Assembly: GCA_029564515.1 (NCBI GenBank)
Contig: JAKQPV010000102.1
Span: 23,685 to 87,684 of the forward strand
Origin: Spirochaetota bacterium
GTDB taxonomy: Bacteria; Spirochaetota; UBA4802; UBA5550
Reading direction: 5' to 3'
Length of the DNA stretch: 64,000 nt
The position numbers and the translations under genes were made by a program. Positions 54,061-63,756 of the stretch are shown in pieces (within the stretch, counting starts at the first letter, position 1; the number at the start of each line of letters is the position of its first letter). The notes under the pieces are model-generated. The model did not search any database. It was not told the origin of the DNA and saw only the letters and a list, made by a program, of their open reading frames with translations.

Positions 54061-55566
54061 TTGAGCAACGGAAGCACCGCCAGCTACACAATTCAGCCGC
54101 AGGACTATAAAAAGGCCGTTGCCGCTGAAAATGACTTCTACATCCAGTTCAATGTCCTGTCGCCCGCGGTCGATGGCATCATCAACAAGTGCGTGCACCG
54201 CTACCTGGCTCATTACGACCTGGGCTACATTAAGAACCAGATCATCAACGTGATCAAGGAGCTTGTCAACAACGCGATCAAGGCGAATTTGAAACGGCTT
54301 TACTTCACGGTCAAAAAACTGGACATCAACAAAACCGAAGATTACCGGCAGGGTATGGAGACCTTCAAGGAGGAGACGTACGAGGGCGACGAGGACTACA
54401 TGTCGATGCTGGCGGATTCCCCCCTCGTCGTGCGCGTCGCGTTCAAGACCTCGGGCGAATACCTCTATATCAATGTGATTAACAACGTCCCGATCCTTGA
54501 TACCGAGCTCTCCAAGATCAACGCCCGGATCAAGAAAGCATACAAGTACAACGACATTTCCGAGGCCTTCGACGAGGTACTGGACGATTCCGAAGGCGCG
54601 GGCCTGGGCCTTATAATGGCGATGATGATTTTCAAGAACATGGGGATGTCCCCGGAGTCGTTCCGGATATACCGGAAGAAGGACCTTACCATATCCGCGA
54701 TCGCGATTCCGCTCGCAATGGACAAGATCCGCGCCCGCGTGCAGATCGCCGGCGAGATAATCCGCGAGATCGAGTCCATACCGGCGTTCCCGGACAACAT
54801 CATACGCATTCAGAAGCTCTGCGCCAACCCGGATGCGACGATAAAGGAGATAGCCGGTGCAATATCGCTTGACCCGGGACTCACGACCTCGATCCTCAAG
54901 CTCGCCAACTCGGCCGGGTACTTCACCGTCAAGAAGACCGAGACCATCGAGGAGGCTGTCAAGATCATCGGCGTGAAGGGTATCAACGCGCTGCTGCTCG
55001 CAACAGGCGTGCACAAGGTCATGGACGCGCGCTACAAGCGCTCGGAGTCGACCTGGAAGGACTCGTACAAGCGGGCCGCCTACGCCTCACAGCTCGCGGT
55101 GCAGATGAAGAAGACCAAGCTGGGCGATTTCGCCTACCTTGCAGCCCTCCTCTCCGACGTCGGCTTCATCGTGATGCTCTCCCTCAGGTCCGAGCTCCTG
55201 AAATCGCTCCAGGAGCTGGCCGGGTTCAAGGGAATGGAGAACATCGACCTGCTGGAGGAGATCAGCCTGGGCATATCCCACGCCGCACTGGGCGGCATGA
55301 TCTTCAGCAAGTGGAAGTTCAACGACGCGCTCATCAAGACCGTGGAGTACCACCACCGCCCGCACATGGCGCCGGTCAATATCCGGCAGCTCGTGTTCAT
55401 CGTATACCTGGCCGACTGCCTGGTGGAAATCGACAAGAACCGATTCCGCTACGAGTTCATAGATGAAGACGTAATCGAGTACTTCAACCTGGGCGACCGG
55501 AAGGCCTTCGACATCATGCATAAGGTCCTGAAGGAGTCTTACGAGAACCAGCAGAAGGAGCTTTAA
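54061..55566 (+). CDS. HATPase-like (SpoIIAB-type) N-terminal domain fused to an HDOD domain
   Basis: N-box '[12 protein letters not shown]' and G-box '[16 protein letters not shown]'. HDOD '[48 protein letters not shown]'. TTG start. Confidence 0.8.
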   Translation: MSNGSTASYTIQPQDYKKAVAAENDFYIQFNVLSPAVDGIINKCVHRYLAHYDLGYIKNQIINVIKELVNNAIKANLKRLYFTVKKLDINKTEDYRQGMETFKEETYEGDEDYMSMLADSPLVVRVAFKTSGEYLYINVINNVPILDTELSKINARIKKAYKYNDISEAFDEVLDDSEGAGLGLIMAMMIFKNMGMSPESFRIYRKKDLTISAIAIPLAMDKIRARVQIAGEIIREIESIPAFPDNIIRIQKLCANPDATIKEIAGAISLDPGLTTSILKLANSAGYFTVKKTETIEEAVKIIGVKGINALLLATGVHKVMDARYKRSESTWKDSYKRAAYASQLAVQMKKTKLGDFAYLAALLSDVGFIVMLSLRSELLKSLQELAGFKGMENIDLLEEISLGISHAALGGMIFSKWKFNDALIKTVEYHHRPHMAPVNIRQLVFIVYLADCLVEIDKNRFRYEFIDEDVIEYFNLGDRKAFDIMHKVLKESYENQQKEL

Positions 55567-55732
55567 TGTCCGCGTAGCCCTGCATAGTGTCCCGGCCGCC
55601 CGGGCCGGTGAGCACGGGCGCGGCTTTGCCGTCGTCGCCGACGAGATCAACAAGCCCGCCGGCCAGATGAAGGAGATGACCGACAGCATACAGGTGGCGA
55701 TAGGCGGCTTGAACGAATCCTCGGCCCAATAA
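55562..55732 (+). pseudogene. Relic of a methyl-accepting chemotaxis protein signalling domain
   Basis: A frame with no start codon reads '[56 protein letters not shown]'. The invariant MCP hairpin-tip motif is '..[20 protein letters not shown]..'. Confidence 0.6.
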
Positions 55733-55876
55733 ATTACTTGACGAAAAACATTTTTCCACCCCACTATTGTCCCTCCTGCGCCAGCCGCAGGTAACATATT
55801 CATTACCAATATGGCCGGTTGGCTCCCCTGCCGGGGGGCCGGGGGGGCCGGGCCCCACAGAACAAAGGAGCGTGCG

Positions 55877-56773
55877 ATGTATTTCCAGGACCTTATCGCC
55901 AAACTGAACGAATACTGGGCCCAGCGGGGCTGCCTCATCATACAGGGATACGACCTCGAAGTCGGAGCGGGCACCTTCAACCCGGCAACCTTCCTCCGCG
56001 TCCTCGGACCCGAGCCGTGGAGTGTGGCCTACGTCGAGCCCTCGCGGCGCCCCACGGACGGGCGCTACGGCGACAATCCGAACCGCCTCCAGCACTACTA
56101 CCAGTACCAGGTAATACTGAAACCCTCGCCCGTCGACGTGCAGGACATGTACCTTGACTCGCTGCGGCACCTGGGCATCAAGCTCGAGGAGCACGACGTC
56201 CGCTTCGTCGAGGACGACTGGGAATCGCCCACCCTTGGCGCGGCCGGCCTGGGCTGGGAAGTGTGGCTCGACGGCATGGAGATCACTCAGTTCACCTACT
56301 TCCAGCAGTGCGGGAGCCTGGAGCTGAAGCCGGTGTCGGTAGAGCTCACCTACGGCACGGAGCGGATCTGCATGTACCTGCAGGGCGTGAACCATTTCAA
56401 GGACGTCATGTGGAACAAGAACGTGCGCTACGGCGATGTGCACGGCCAGAGCGAGTTCGAGTTTTCGCATTACAACTTCAACATCGCCGACACGGAACTG
56501 CACTTCAAGCTCTTCGACCTGTACGAGAAGGAATGCCTTTCCATTCTCGACAATCCAAAACAAAAAGTCGTGCTCCCGGCTTATGACTACGTATTGAAAT
56601 GCTCGCACGTTTTCAACATGCTCGACGCGCGCGGCGCCATTTCCGTTACCGAGCGGGTCGGGTACATCGCGCGGGTGCGCAACATCGCACGGCGCTGCGC
56701 GGAGCAGTACGTCGCCATACGCGAAGAGATGGGCTTTCCGCTCCTCATGAAACAACCGGCCGGGGCAGCCTGA
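55877..56773 (+). CDS. glyQ: Glycine--tRNA ligase alpha subunit
   Basis: '[41 protein letters not shown]'. RBS AAGGAG. Confidence 0.95.
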   Translation: MYFQDLIAKLNEYWAQRGCLIIQGYDLEVGAGTFNPATFLRVLGPEPWSVAYVEPSRRPTDGRYGDNPNRLQHYYQYQVILKPSPVDVQDMYLDSLRHLGIKLEEHDVRFVEDDWESPTLGAAGLGWEVWLDGMEITQFTYFQQCGSLELKPVSVELTYGTERICMYLQGVNHFKDVMWNKNVRYGDVHGQSEFEFSHYNFNIADTELHFKLFDLYEKECLSILDNPKQKVVLPAYDYVLKCSHVFNMLDARGAISVTERVGYIARVRNIARRCAEQYVAIREEMGFPLLMKQPAGAA

Positions 56774-57759
56774 TGGATGAGGATTTCGTCAAGCTCGAAA
56801 CATTCCTTTCGAAGTACGACAAATTCGTCATATCAACGCATGAAAGCCCGGACTGGGACGGGCTCGGCGGCGAGATCGCAATGTTCGAGCTCCTGAAAAA
56901 GCTGGGGAAAAAGCCGCTCATCGTCAACTCCGACCCCACGCCCGACAATTTTCTCTTCCTCGACATAGAGCACGACATCAACGTCATGAACGGGTCCTTT
57001 ATTCTTCCCGGCGATATCGCTGAATACGCGCAGTTCGTTCTTGACACCAATGACTACAACAACATCGGGGCGGCCGCCTACAACGCGCTCAAGGACCGGG
57101 TGCGCGAGGTGTTTATCATCGACCACCATGAGGGGGACGAGAGCAAGCTCGGCGCCAACATCATCAAGGCGGGGGCCTCCTCTGTCAGCGAGATCATGTT
57201 CCACATCATAGAGCATTTCGAAACACCCATCACCCTGCGCGCGGCCCAGGCGGTCTTCGGCGGGATGGTGTTCGACACCGGCTCGTTCAAGTATCCCAAG
57301 ACCACGCCGGAAACGTTCCGCATAGCCGCGAAACTGGTTGAGGCCGGCGTGACCCCGTTCTTTATACACGAGCAGATCTACGAACAGAACGCTCTGTCAA
57401 GCTTTTCGCTCCGGGGACGGATCCTGTCGAGCATGGAGGTGCTTCACGGCGGCAGGATGATAGCGCTCAAGCTTACCCCGGACATGCTTAAGGAGACGGG
57501 CGCGACGTTTACCGAGGGCGAGCCGGCCATCAACCTCCCCCTCACGGTCAAGGGCGTGGTGGCCAGCCTTCTGGTCAAGCAGGACTTCGAGGGCCCGGTC
57601 AAGGTAAGCATGCGGACCAAGGGCAACATCGACGTGGCACAGCTCGCCATGGAGCGGGGCGGCGGCGGCCATAAGAACGCGGCCGGGTACAAGTCAAAGC
57701 TATCGTTTGATGAAACATACAGGCAGGCGCTCAAAAGCATGGAGAAATTCTTCACGTGA
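56773..57759 (+). CDS. DHH/DHHA1 phosphoesterase (NrnA-like oligoribonuclease / pAp phosphatase)
   Basis: The start overlaps the glyQ stop (TGATG). 'STHESPDWDGLGG', 'IIDHHEG' and 'GGGGHKNAAG'. Confidence 0.85.
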   Translation: MDEDFVKLETFLSKYDKFVISTHESPDWDGLGGEIAMFELLKKLGKKPLIVNSDPTPDNFLFLDIEHDINVMNGSFILPGDIAEYAQFVLDTNDYNNIGAAAYNALKDRVREVFIIDHHEGDESKLGANIIKAGASSVSEIMFHIIEHFETPITLRAAQAVFGGMVFDTGSFKYPKTTPETFRIAAKLVEAGVTPFFIHEQIYEQNALSSFSLRGRILSSMEVLHGGRMIALKLTPDMLKETGATFTEGEPAINLPLTVKGVVASLLVKQDFEGPVKVSMRTKGNIDVAQLAMERGGGGHKNAAGYKSKLSFDETYRQALKSMEKFFT

Positions 57760-57774
57760 GAGAGGGCGGAAACA

Positions 57775-58296
57775 TCACCGGTCACGCGCGTCGCGCGCCC
57801 GGAGCTTTGCGGCTATCAGCTCCGCGTGGTCGACATGCAGGAGCGTGGCGAGCCGGTGCACCAGGTGATCCTCGCCCGGATCGAGCCGCCCGTCGGCGTA
57901 CGCGATGCGCCAGGCCGACTCAATGAGACTCCGCTTCTCCCCGTCGCTGAAATTCCGGTTGATAACGCTGGTGTAGGCCCACAGATCGGTGGCTTCGCGC
58001 TGCGCGTGCTCGGCCGTCGAGATGACATCTTCAATCTCCCCGTCGGGTATACCAAGCTCCTCGCGCAGCAGCCTGCGCACCCGGTCCCGTTCGATGATGG
58101 AGAAATCGTCGTCGGCGTGGGCCATCTCCAGGAGGATCACGCACGCGGCGATATTGATCCGTTTCCCGCCGTCGCCCCGCGTGTCGCCGCCGACAGGTTT
58201 TCCACTCAGTAAATTCACTATCGACCGCAGCATGTCCCGCTCCAGATCTTTCTTTAATTGATGAAGAACATCCCGCGAGGTCACACCGTCAGGCAC
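57775..58296 (-). CDS. TerB-family protein
   Basis: Two TerB-like repeats, 'ILLEMAHADDDFSIIERDRV' and 'IAYADGRLDPGEDHLVHRLATLL'. The GTG start overlaps the upstream stop (TAGTG). Confidence 0.7.
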   Translation of the reverse strand: MPDGVTSRDVLHQLKKDLERDMLRSIVNLLSGKPVGGDTRGDGGKRINIAACVILLEMAHADDDFSIIERDRVRRLLREELGIPDGEIEDVISTAEHAQREATDLWAYTSVINRNFSDGEKRSLIESAWRIAYADGRLDPGEDHLVHRLATLLHVDHAELIAAKLRARDARDR

Positions 58297-59831
58297 TAAT
58301 GCAGGGTGACAGAATAATCTTTGGGAAGTATCCTGTCTTCTTTGTACAGGTTGAGGTAGAAGGCAAGGATTTTTTTTGCCTGGGCTATCGTCGCCTGGTC
58401 CAGCTTCATGGCGCCTGTCGGATTATCCATATTCTTATAGTACTTCCTCTCCGAAAATATCGGAATGCCCATGAACGGATTTGGCAGGTCCATGTCCATC
58501 ATCTCGAGCAGTGTCGGCAGCAGGTCCATGCTTGTGCAGAGGGTGTCATTCTTCACGCCCCGGTACGCACCCCCGGGGAAATGTATGTAGCAGGGTATGA
58601 TATCGAAGAACGGGCTAAAGTGATCCTCGTGCTTTTTCATGAAATCGATATACTGCTTGTTGTTGCCCATCGCATGGTCTGCGGTGAGTATCACCACCGT
58701 GTTATCGGCATGGGGAGACTTTTTAAAATATTCCCAGAACTCGCCGAAGGCACGGTCGGTGGAATGGATCGCGTCGATCATCTCGTTGCCGTCGGAGCCG
58801 GGATGACGCTCTTTCACCTTGAACGGCGGATGAGAGTTTATGGTCGATATCGTGAGGAGAAACGGCGCGTTCCGGGGCTGCTTTTTGAGCAGCTCGACGA
58901 CGAACCCGAACAGGACGTCGTCGTCGACGCCAAATCCGTTTTCCCGGTCCCTTATCCCGCGCGGGATCAGGCTCTCGCACCCGTAGAAATAATCATAGCC
59001 TTCCCGTTTCATGAAAAAATCCTTCATGCCGATGAAATGCTCGCTCCCGGCCTGCGCGTGGATCGTGGTGTAACCCTTTTTTTTCAGGATGTTCGAGAGA
59101 AACAGGAAGCGGCAGGGTATCGGAATGCGGGATCCCCCGATGTTCTCGTCCAGGAGGTAGACGCCGGAACCCAGCGCGGCGATAAGCCCCCGTATGGTCG
59201 GGAAGCTGGCGTTGCGCATCCTCGTGAACGAGAAGGATTCATTCCCCATCTCGTTGATATGGCCCGTAAGGCCCCGGAGCCCGTGAAGCTCTTCTTTAAG
59301 AAAAAAATCGGACAGCGATTCGACGAATATGATGATAACGTTCGTGCCCGGGCGTATCGCCGGCCTGTTGTATGTTTTCCTGCGGGGATCCAGGTATATG
59401 CTTTTTTTCATGAGCGGGTACCGCTCATCCATGCTGTATAACAACTGTCCCCGCTCTTTGAATAAATCGATGATGGCCTTGTCCAGAGTGACCGGCTTCG
59501 CGCTCATGATCTTCGAAAGGAAATAATACGCGAACAGCGACCTGAAGAACTCCGACTCCGGCAGCCTGAGGTAGACGCGGGGGTCGGAGATATCGTTCCT
59601 GAACGCCTTCTCCGCGGTTTTTATCCGCTCGATCGACTTTTCCCGATCCATCAGCGTCTTTTTATCGACAAGCACGGAGATCGAGCCGTCACTGTTTTTT
59701 ACCGGCTGCCGGTCACGCCCGTCGTCGCCCACAAGGCCGGACAGCCATACGCATACGGCCACCAGCAAGCCCAGGGCCAGCGCCGCTACCGCGTTCACCA
59801 CGATCACGATTATTGACAGGCGCGCCTTCAT
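58296..59831 (-). CDS. Sulfatase-superfamily (LtaS / phosphoglycerol-transferase-like) membrane-anchored enzyme
   Basis: N-terminal TM. 'NVIIIFVESLSDFF' and 'VVILTADHAMG' are alkaline-phosphatase-superfamily blocks. Confidence 0.8.
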   Translation of the reverse strand: MKARLSIIVIVVNAVAALALGLLVAVCVWLSGLVGDDGRDRQPVKNSDGSISVLVDKKTLMDREKSIERIKTAEKAFRNDISDPRVYLRLPESEFFRSLFAYYFLSKIMSAKPVTLDKAIIDLFKERGQLLYSMDERYPLMKKSIYLDPRRKTYNRPAIRPGTNVIIIFVESLSDFFLKEELHGLRGLTGHINEMGNESFSFTRMRNASFPTIRGLIAALGSGVYLLDENIGGSRIPIPCRFLFLSNILKKKGYTTIHAQAGSEHFIGMKDFFMKREGYDYFYGCESLIPRGIRDRENGFGVDDDVLFGFVVELLKKQPRNAPFLLTISTINSHPPFKVKERHPGSDGNEMIDAIHSTDRAFGEFWEYFKKSPHADNTVVILTADHAMGNNKQYIDFMKKHEDHFSPFFDIIPCYIHFPGGAYRGVKNDTLCTSMDLLPTLLEMMDMDLPNPFMGIPIFSERKYYKNMDNPTGAMKLDQATIAQAKKILAFYLNLYKEDRILPKDYSVTLH

Positions 59832-60355
59832 GACCGTGCTCCTTCATCAACCCTGTCTGTATACAGATATATTTTACGCAGAATAGCAAACACGAGCGCG
59901 AAGATGGCCAGGACCGAAGCATATATCCCGAAGGAGAGCCAGGTTGTCAGGTACACGGTGCCATCGGAGTAGAAGGCGTGCGCCCAGAAATTGCTGTCCA
60001 CGTGGGCACCGCCGAAGTACAGAGCGCCCCAGTCGAACATCCTGACGAACTCGGAGGCGAAGAAGAGGAAAAGAGCGAATCCAACGATGAATTTCCTGAC
60101 GACAGGCCTTCTGAATACAATCAGCGAGATGCAGACGGCGCTCGAGTATATCAGGCTGGCTGCGCCATATTTCGCAGTAAGCCTGAGAAAATCACCGGAA
60201 ACATCCTGTATCGAGTATATGGAACCGATCGCGATTATGGAGCAATGCCAGACGATAAAATACAACATCACCACGAATGTCAACGCGGCACTGGCGACAA
60301 TAAGGCCCTTCTTTTCAATGAAAGTTGATTTAATGACATCAATACGACTGTTCAT
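59828..60355 (-). CDS. Polytopic membrane protein translationally coupled to the sulfatase gene
   Basis: About 5 hydrophobic helices. Its stop overlaps the sulfatase ATG (ATGA). I prefer the start at ATG 60355. The N-terminal 43 codons of the track ORF are not hydrophobic and lack an RBS. Confidence 0.6.
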   Translation of the reverse strand: MNSRIDVIKSTFIEKKGLIVASAALTFVVMLYFIVWHCSIIAIGSIYSIQDVSGDFLRLTAKYGAASLIYSSAVCISLIVFRRPVVRKFIVGFALFLFFASEFVRMFDWGALYFGGAHVDSNFWAHAFYSDGTVYLTTWLSFGIYASVLAIFALVFAILRKIYLYTDRVDEGARS

Positions 60356-60626
60356 ACAACACCATTTTCCTGCATCGGACGCAATTTTTAACCAGACGGT
60401 TAATTTTAAAATAATCAAGCAGCAATGTTTAACCATTCGGTTAATACTGTCAAGTACATTTTCATCTATTGCTGAAGCAGTCACCGGTAAAAAAAGATTG
60501 CCTAATTGCAGTTTCCTGCTACCATCCGTACACGGTGGTCATCGTTCCCCGGTTAACACCCGTCATGCAGTTAATCATTACGGGCAGGAATCCATCAAAG
60601 CATTCCTGCCTGACCGGAGCGGCCGC

Positions 60627-61016
60627 ATGGAATATCTTTATACCGAAGAGAACCTGAAAATGATTCTGGCCTCGCTGGAGCAGGCACCGAAGAAACACCG
60701 CACCTGCCCGATGTGCGCCCGGCTTTCAGGCATCATGGGCAATAACTCACTGCACCGCGGCCCTTCCGGGACCCTCACTCCCCAGACATCCGGTCTCGAG
60801 GAATTCATCCTGATAAAAAACTCATGGCACATACTCAAATGTCCGCTCTGCTCACGGCTTTACACGGACGAATACCGTTATGATCATCTGGTCGGCGGCC
60901 GCGAAGACGAATACCTTATTACCGGTATTGATTACACCGAGGCGCTCGAGCTGCTAAAGGGAATAAAAGCTAAAAAACTCACGAAAACGGGAGATACCTG
61001 GACCATTTCATTTTAA
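60627..61016 (+). CDS. Hypothetical 129-aa protein with a CxxC...CxxC zinc-ribbon-like pair
   Basis: 'CPMC' and 'CPLC' lie about 50 residues apart. Only the 3' third of track ORF 59991..61016 is free of the opposite-strand membrane gene. Confidence 0.4.
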   Translation: MEYLYTEENLKMILASLEQAPKKHRTCPMCARLSGIMGNNSLHRGPSGTLTPQTSGLEEFILIKNSWHILKCPLCSRLYTDEYRYDHLVGGREDEYLITGIDYTEALELLKGIKAKKLTKTGDTWTISF

Positions 61017-61057
61017 CCTGATGCCGCGGGAAAAATCCGGCAAGGAGGAACCACTGA

Positions 61058-61465
61058 TCAGAGGTGATAATCACCGGCCGCTTCCGGCTGGTAGATGATG
61101 TCCTCGATCACAAAATACTGCTCGCCGGCAGGGTTCTTCTTAACGACCGTGCCGATAGTGCTGCCAAGGAGCTCGGTACCAATGCCTGAAAACACGCTCA
61201 ATGCATCCGTGCCTTTGCCCTCCCCGGGAAATACCAGCGAGTAAACCTCTTTTTTTCCGTTTCCGATATTTTTAAGACAGATCTTCGAATTCATCGTCAC
61301 TATGTTCGGCCTGATATCACGGGGGTCAACAAGGCGGGAATGTTCCAGATCACGCTTCAGTTTTGCCGCAGTATTAGCGTCAAGTATGCCCGCCGCTTCC
61401 CTGCCATCAAGGATCCTGACGAGCCGTTCATAATCATTTCTGGTGAAAATCTTGCCCTTGCGCAT
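61058..61465 (-). CDS. rnk: GreA/GreB-family protein, Rnk-like (regulator of nucleoside diphosphate kinase)
   Basis: 135 aa. 'VTMNSKICLKNIGNGKKEVYSLVFP' and 'SVFSGIGTELLGSTIGTVV' match the GreA C-terminal FKBP-like domain. Confidence 0.75.
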   Translation of the reverse strand: MRKGKIFTRNDYERLVRILDGREAAGILDANTAAKLKRDLEHSRLVDPRDIRPNIVTMNSKICLKNIGNGKKEVYSLVFPGEGKGTDALSVFSGIGTELLGSTIGTVVKKNPAGEQYFVIEDIIYQPEAAGDYHL

Positions 61466-61704
61466 ATTCGATAACTTCGTTTTTCCTGCGATAAACGCCA
61501 GGACCCGGCGGGCCCCTGCGAATGATTAAAGCCGGATTGAGAACAAAGGAAACAACCTCTTCCAATGCAGATTAATACAATCCCGACCGGGCGCTGTCAA
61601 CAGAATTTTCGGGGGGCCATTAATTTTCATCGCACCACAGCGGTTAGAAAAACGTACTGTTATGCGACATAATTAATGCACCGGGTCCATCCTTTTCCAT
61701 TTGT

Positions 61705-61729
61705 AAAAAAATGCGGACGTGCGTCGCGC
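61705..61729 (-). terminator. Hairpin + T7 terminator downstream of the rubrerythrin gene
   Basis: The minus strand reads GCGCGAC-GCAC-GTCCGC (one bulge) followed by ATTTTTTT. Confidence 0.45.
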
Positions 61730-61802
61730 GGAAATCCCTGGACGGGATACGCTCTCGACGGGTCCGCAAACAGCCAGGGACCTGCCGAGAGCGAATCAAT
61801 GC

Positions 61803-62423
61803 TTACTTTACTATGATGAAGTCCTTTTTCGGGGCGCCGCATACCTCACAGTTGGCCGGGACATTTTTATCGAACGTATTACCGCAAACCGGGCAAACCA
61901 GATATACATCAGGGAGCACCTTCATGTCATTTTTGTCAATCGCAGCGAGCGCGGCAGTGTACAACTCTTTATGCTTTTTTTCCACCTTGAAGGCTGCATC
62001 GAACGATGCGGCGGCATCACCCTTGTTCTCATCATTTGCCTTGTTGATAAATTCCGGATACATCGTTTCTATCTCATACGATTCGCCATTGATGGCATCC
62101 TGGAGATTTTCACGGGTCGATTTCACGGCAAATTGGGGGGTTATGGTATCCATCTTGACACCGGCAGCTTCCAGCACCTCGGTATGCTTTACCGCATGGA
62201 TGGCTTCCGCCTTGGACGCAGCCTCGAACAGCCTGGCTATTTTGTCAAATTTCTCTTCCTTCGCCTTTTTCGCAAAGGCAGCGTATTTCACACTGGCCGT
62301 GGTCTCACCGGTAATCGCCTTTTTCAGATTATCCTCGGTACCTTGCTGCTTTTTACACCCGTTCACGGCCGCTGCTGCCACCGTCAAGCAGAGAACGCCA
62401 ATCAGAATTTTGTTTTTCATCAT
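61803..62423 (-). CDS. Rubrerythrin with an N-terminal lipoprotein-type signal peptide
   Basis: 'MMKNKILIGVLCLTVAAAAVNGC' precedes the ferritin-like diiron domain ('ITGETTASVKYAAFA', 'AINGESYEIETMYP') and the rubredoxin-like tail 'CPVCGNTF..CEVCGAP'. Confidence 0.85.
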   Translation of the reverse strand: MMKNKILIGVLCLTVAAAAVNGCKKQQGTEDNLKKAITGETTASVKYAAFAKKAKEEKFDKIARLFEAASKAEAIHAVKHTEVLEAAGVKMDTITPQFAVKSTRENLQDAINGESYEIETMYPEFINKANDENKGDAAASFDAAFKVEKKHKELYTAALAAIDKNDMKVLPDVYLVCPVCGNTFDKNVPANCEVCGAPKKDFIIVK

Positions 62424-62655
62424 ATTCCTCCTTTTAATAAGCAGTTATTATTCCGGCACTAGCGATCCTCTCTTCCAGAGATCGCCCGTCCGCCATACTT
62501 ATGCTATCCAAAGATAAAAAAAGCAAGATATTTTCCCCATAACCGACCAGCATTTCATTACTATCGTAACGAATGCAAAGAAAAGACTTGAAATAATGGT
62601 GCACCACAGGTATCATACAATCCAATCTGCAAATCTGCATCGAAGGAGCAAAATC

Positions 62656-63633
62656 ATGAAAAAATACCTGCTCTTGCTGGTACTCCCTGTTTTTCTTTTT
62701 GCATGCGCCGAACTGCAAAACCTGATAGGGAAAAAACCCGAAGTAAGCCTCAAGCGGTTCGATATAGACTCAATCAGCCTGAAGGATATTACGTTCCTGT
62801 TCGAGATCGAGTTGAACAATCCTTATCCTGTCGGATTCAAGCTCGAGGACATCGGCTTCAACGTCCAGGTCGAAGGGAACCAGTTGTTCAAGACAAGGAC
62901 GAAGAAAGGTGTAACGGTCAAGGCCAACGGAAGCGAGACCACGCCTGTCAAGGTCACCCTCGTATACGAAGACATTATGAAAATCATAAAGAATTACGCG
63001 GATCGAGATTATCTCACCTGTAAAATTGATATCGACACGGTTATCCCCCTCCCGAAGGCACTCGAATCGATTAAGAAAAATATCACCTTTAACTACACGG
63101 TGGAGAAAAAGATACCCGCGCTGAAGCCGTCTTTCAGGATTGTCAATGTGAACGTCAAAGCGCCGACCCTCGACGAAATCAAGAAGTCCCTTATCGAAAC
63201 AGGAAAGAAAAACCTGGACCCCAAAAATCTCCTGGGCATGTTCGAGGGCCTGATATCCGGCCGCGACACCACCCCTGCCCTCGACCTGACCTCGATTGAC
63301 GTTCCCATCAGCATAAGCTTTGACGTGGAAGTGAAGAACAACACAAAGGCGAAGCTCTCATGCAGAGACCTTTCATATGATTTTCTGGTCAATGATACGA
63401 AGATCCTGAGCGGGACAACGGGTATAGTCAGCGAAGAGGGCAACGCGTCATTAATACGGATAACCAGCACCTTCAGCTCGAAGGCCCTGGGCGCATCCGT
63501 CGTCAGCATGTTCAATACACGTGCTGGATCCTACCGGCTCAGGGGATTTTCAAACATCAAGCTGCCGGATGAGATCAAGTCGTCGCCACTCAAGCTCGAG
63601 TTCAACGAAATGGGAGCGTTCAAACTCAACTGA
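62656..63633 (+). CDS. LEA_2 / WHy-domain (LEA14-like) repeat lipoprotein
   Basis: Signal 'MKKYLLLLVLPVFLFAC' with RBS GAAGGAG. Repeated 'L..I.F.F.IE..NPYPV..KL.D..F.V.V.G' type beta-sandwich segments. Confidence 0.7.
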   Translation: MKKYLLLLVLPVFLFACAELQNLIGKKPEVSLKRFDIDSISLKDITFLFEIELNNPYPVGFKLEDIGFNVQVEGNQLFKTRTKKGVTVKANGSETTPVKVTLVYEDIMKIIKNYADRDYLTCKIDIDTVIPLPKALESIKKNITFNYTVEKKIPALKPSFRIVNVNVKAPTLDEIKKSLIETGKKNLDPKNLLGMFEGLISGRDTTPALDLTSIDVPISISFDVEVKNNTKAKLSCRDLSYDFLVNDTKILSGTTGIVSEEGNASLIRITSTFSSKALGASVVSMFNTRAGSYRLRGFSNIKLPDEIKSSPLKLEFNEMGAFKLN

Positions 63634-63756
63634 CCGCAATGTCACGGCGCAACCCTCTTCATATATTCTTGACAAGGGATGCGGTCCCCCGTAGCGTTGC
63701 ACGATGAACCGAGCAAACGCAATTTATACTCCCGGAAGGTACCCGTGGAACTGATA

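Noticed and set aside
55828-55860. G-rich run CCGGGGGGCCGGGGGGGCCGGGCCCC upstream of glyQ as a G-quadruplex or regulatory element
   Set aside because: It has only three clear G-runs and lies inside a shadow ORF region. Nothing distinguishes it from ordinary GC-rich spacer.
53995-56755. Long minus-strand ORFs 53995..55014 (339 aa), 55087..55980 (297 aa) and 55514..56755 (413 aa)
   Set aside because: They lie antisense to the well-supported HDOD and glyQ genes. Their products are Arg/Gly/Val/Leu/His-rich with no motifs, typical of shadow ORFs in GC-rich DNA.
59991-60626. 5' two-thirds of the 341-aa + strand ORF 59991..61016
   Set aside because: It is antisense to the polytopic membrane gene and has odd composition. 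I kept only the downstream part from ATG 60627, at low confidence.
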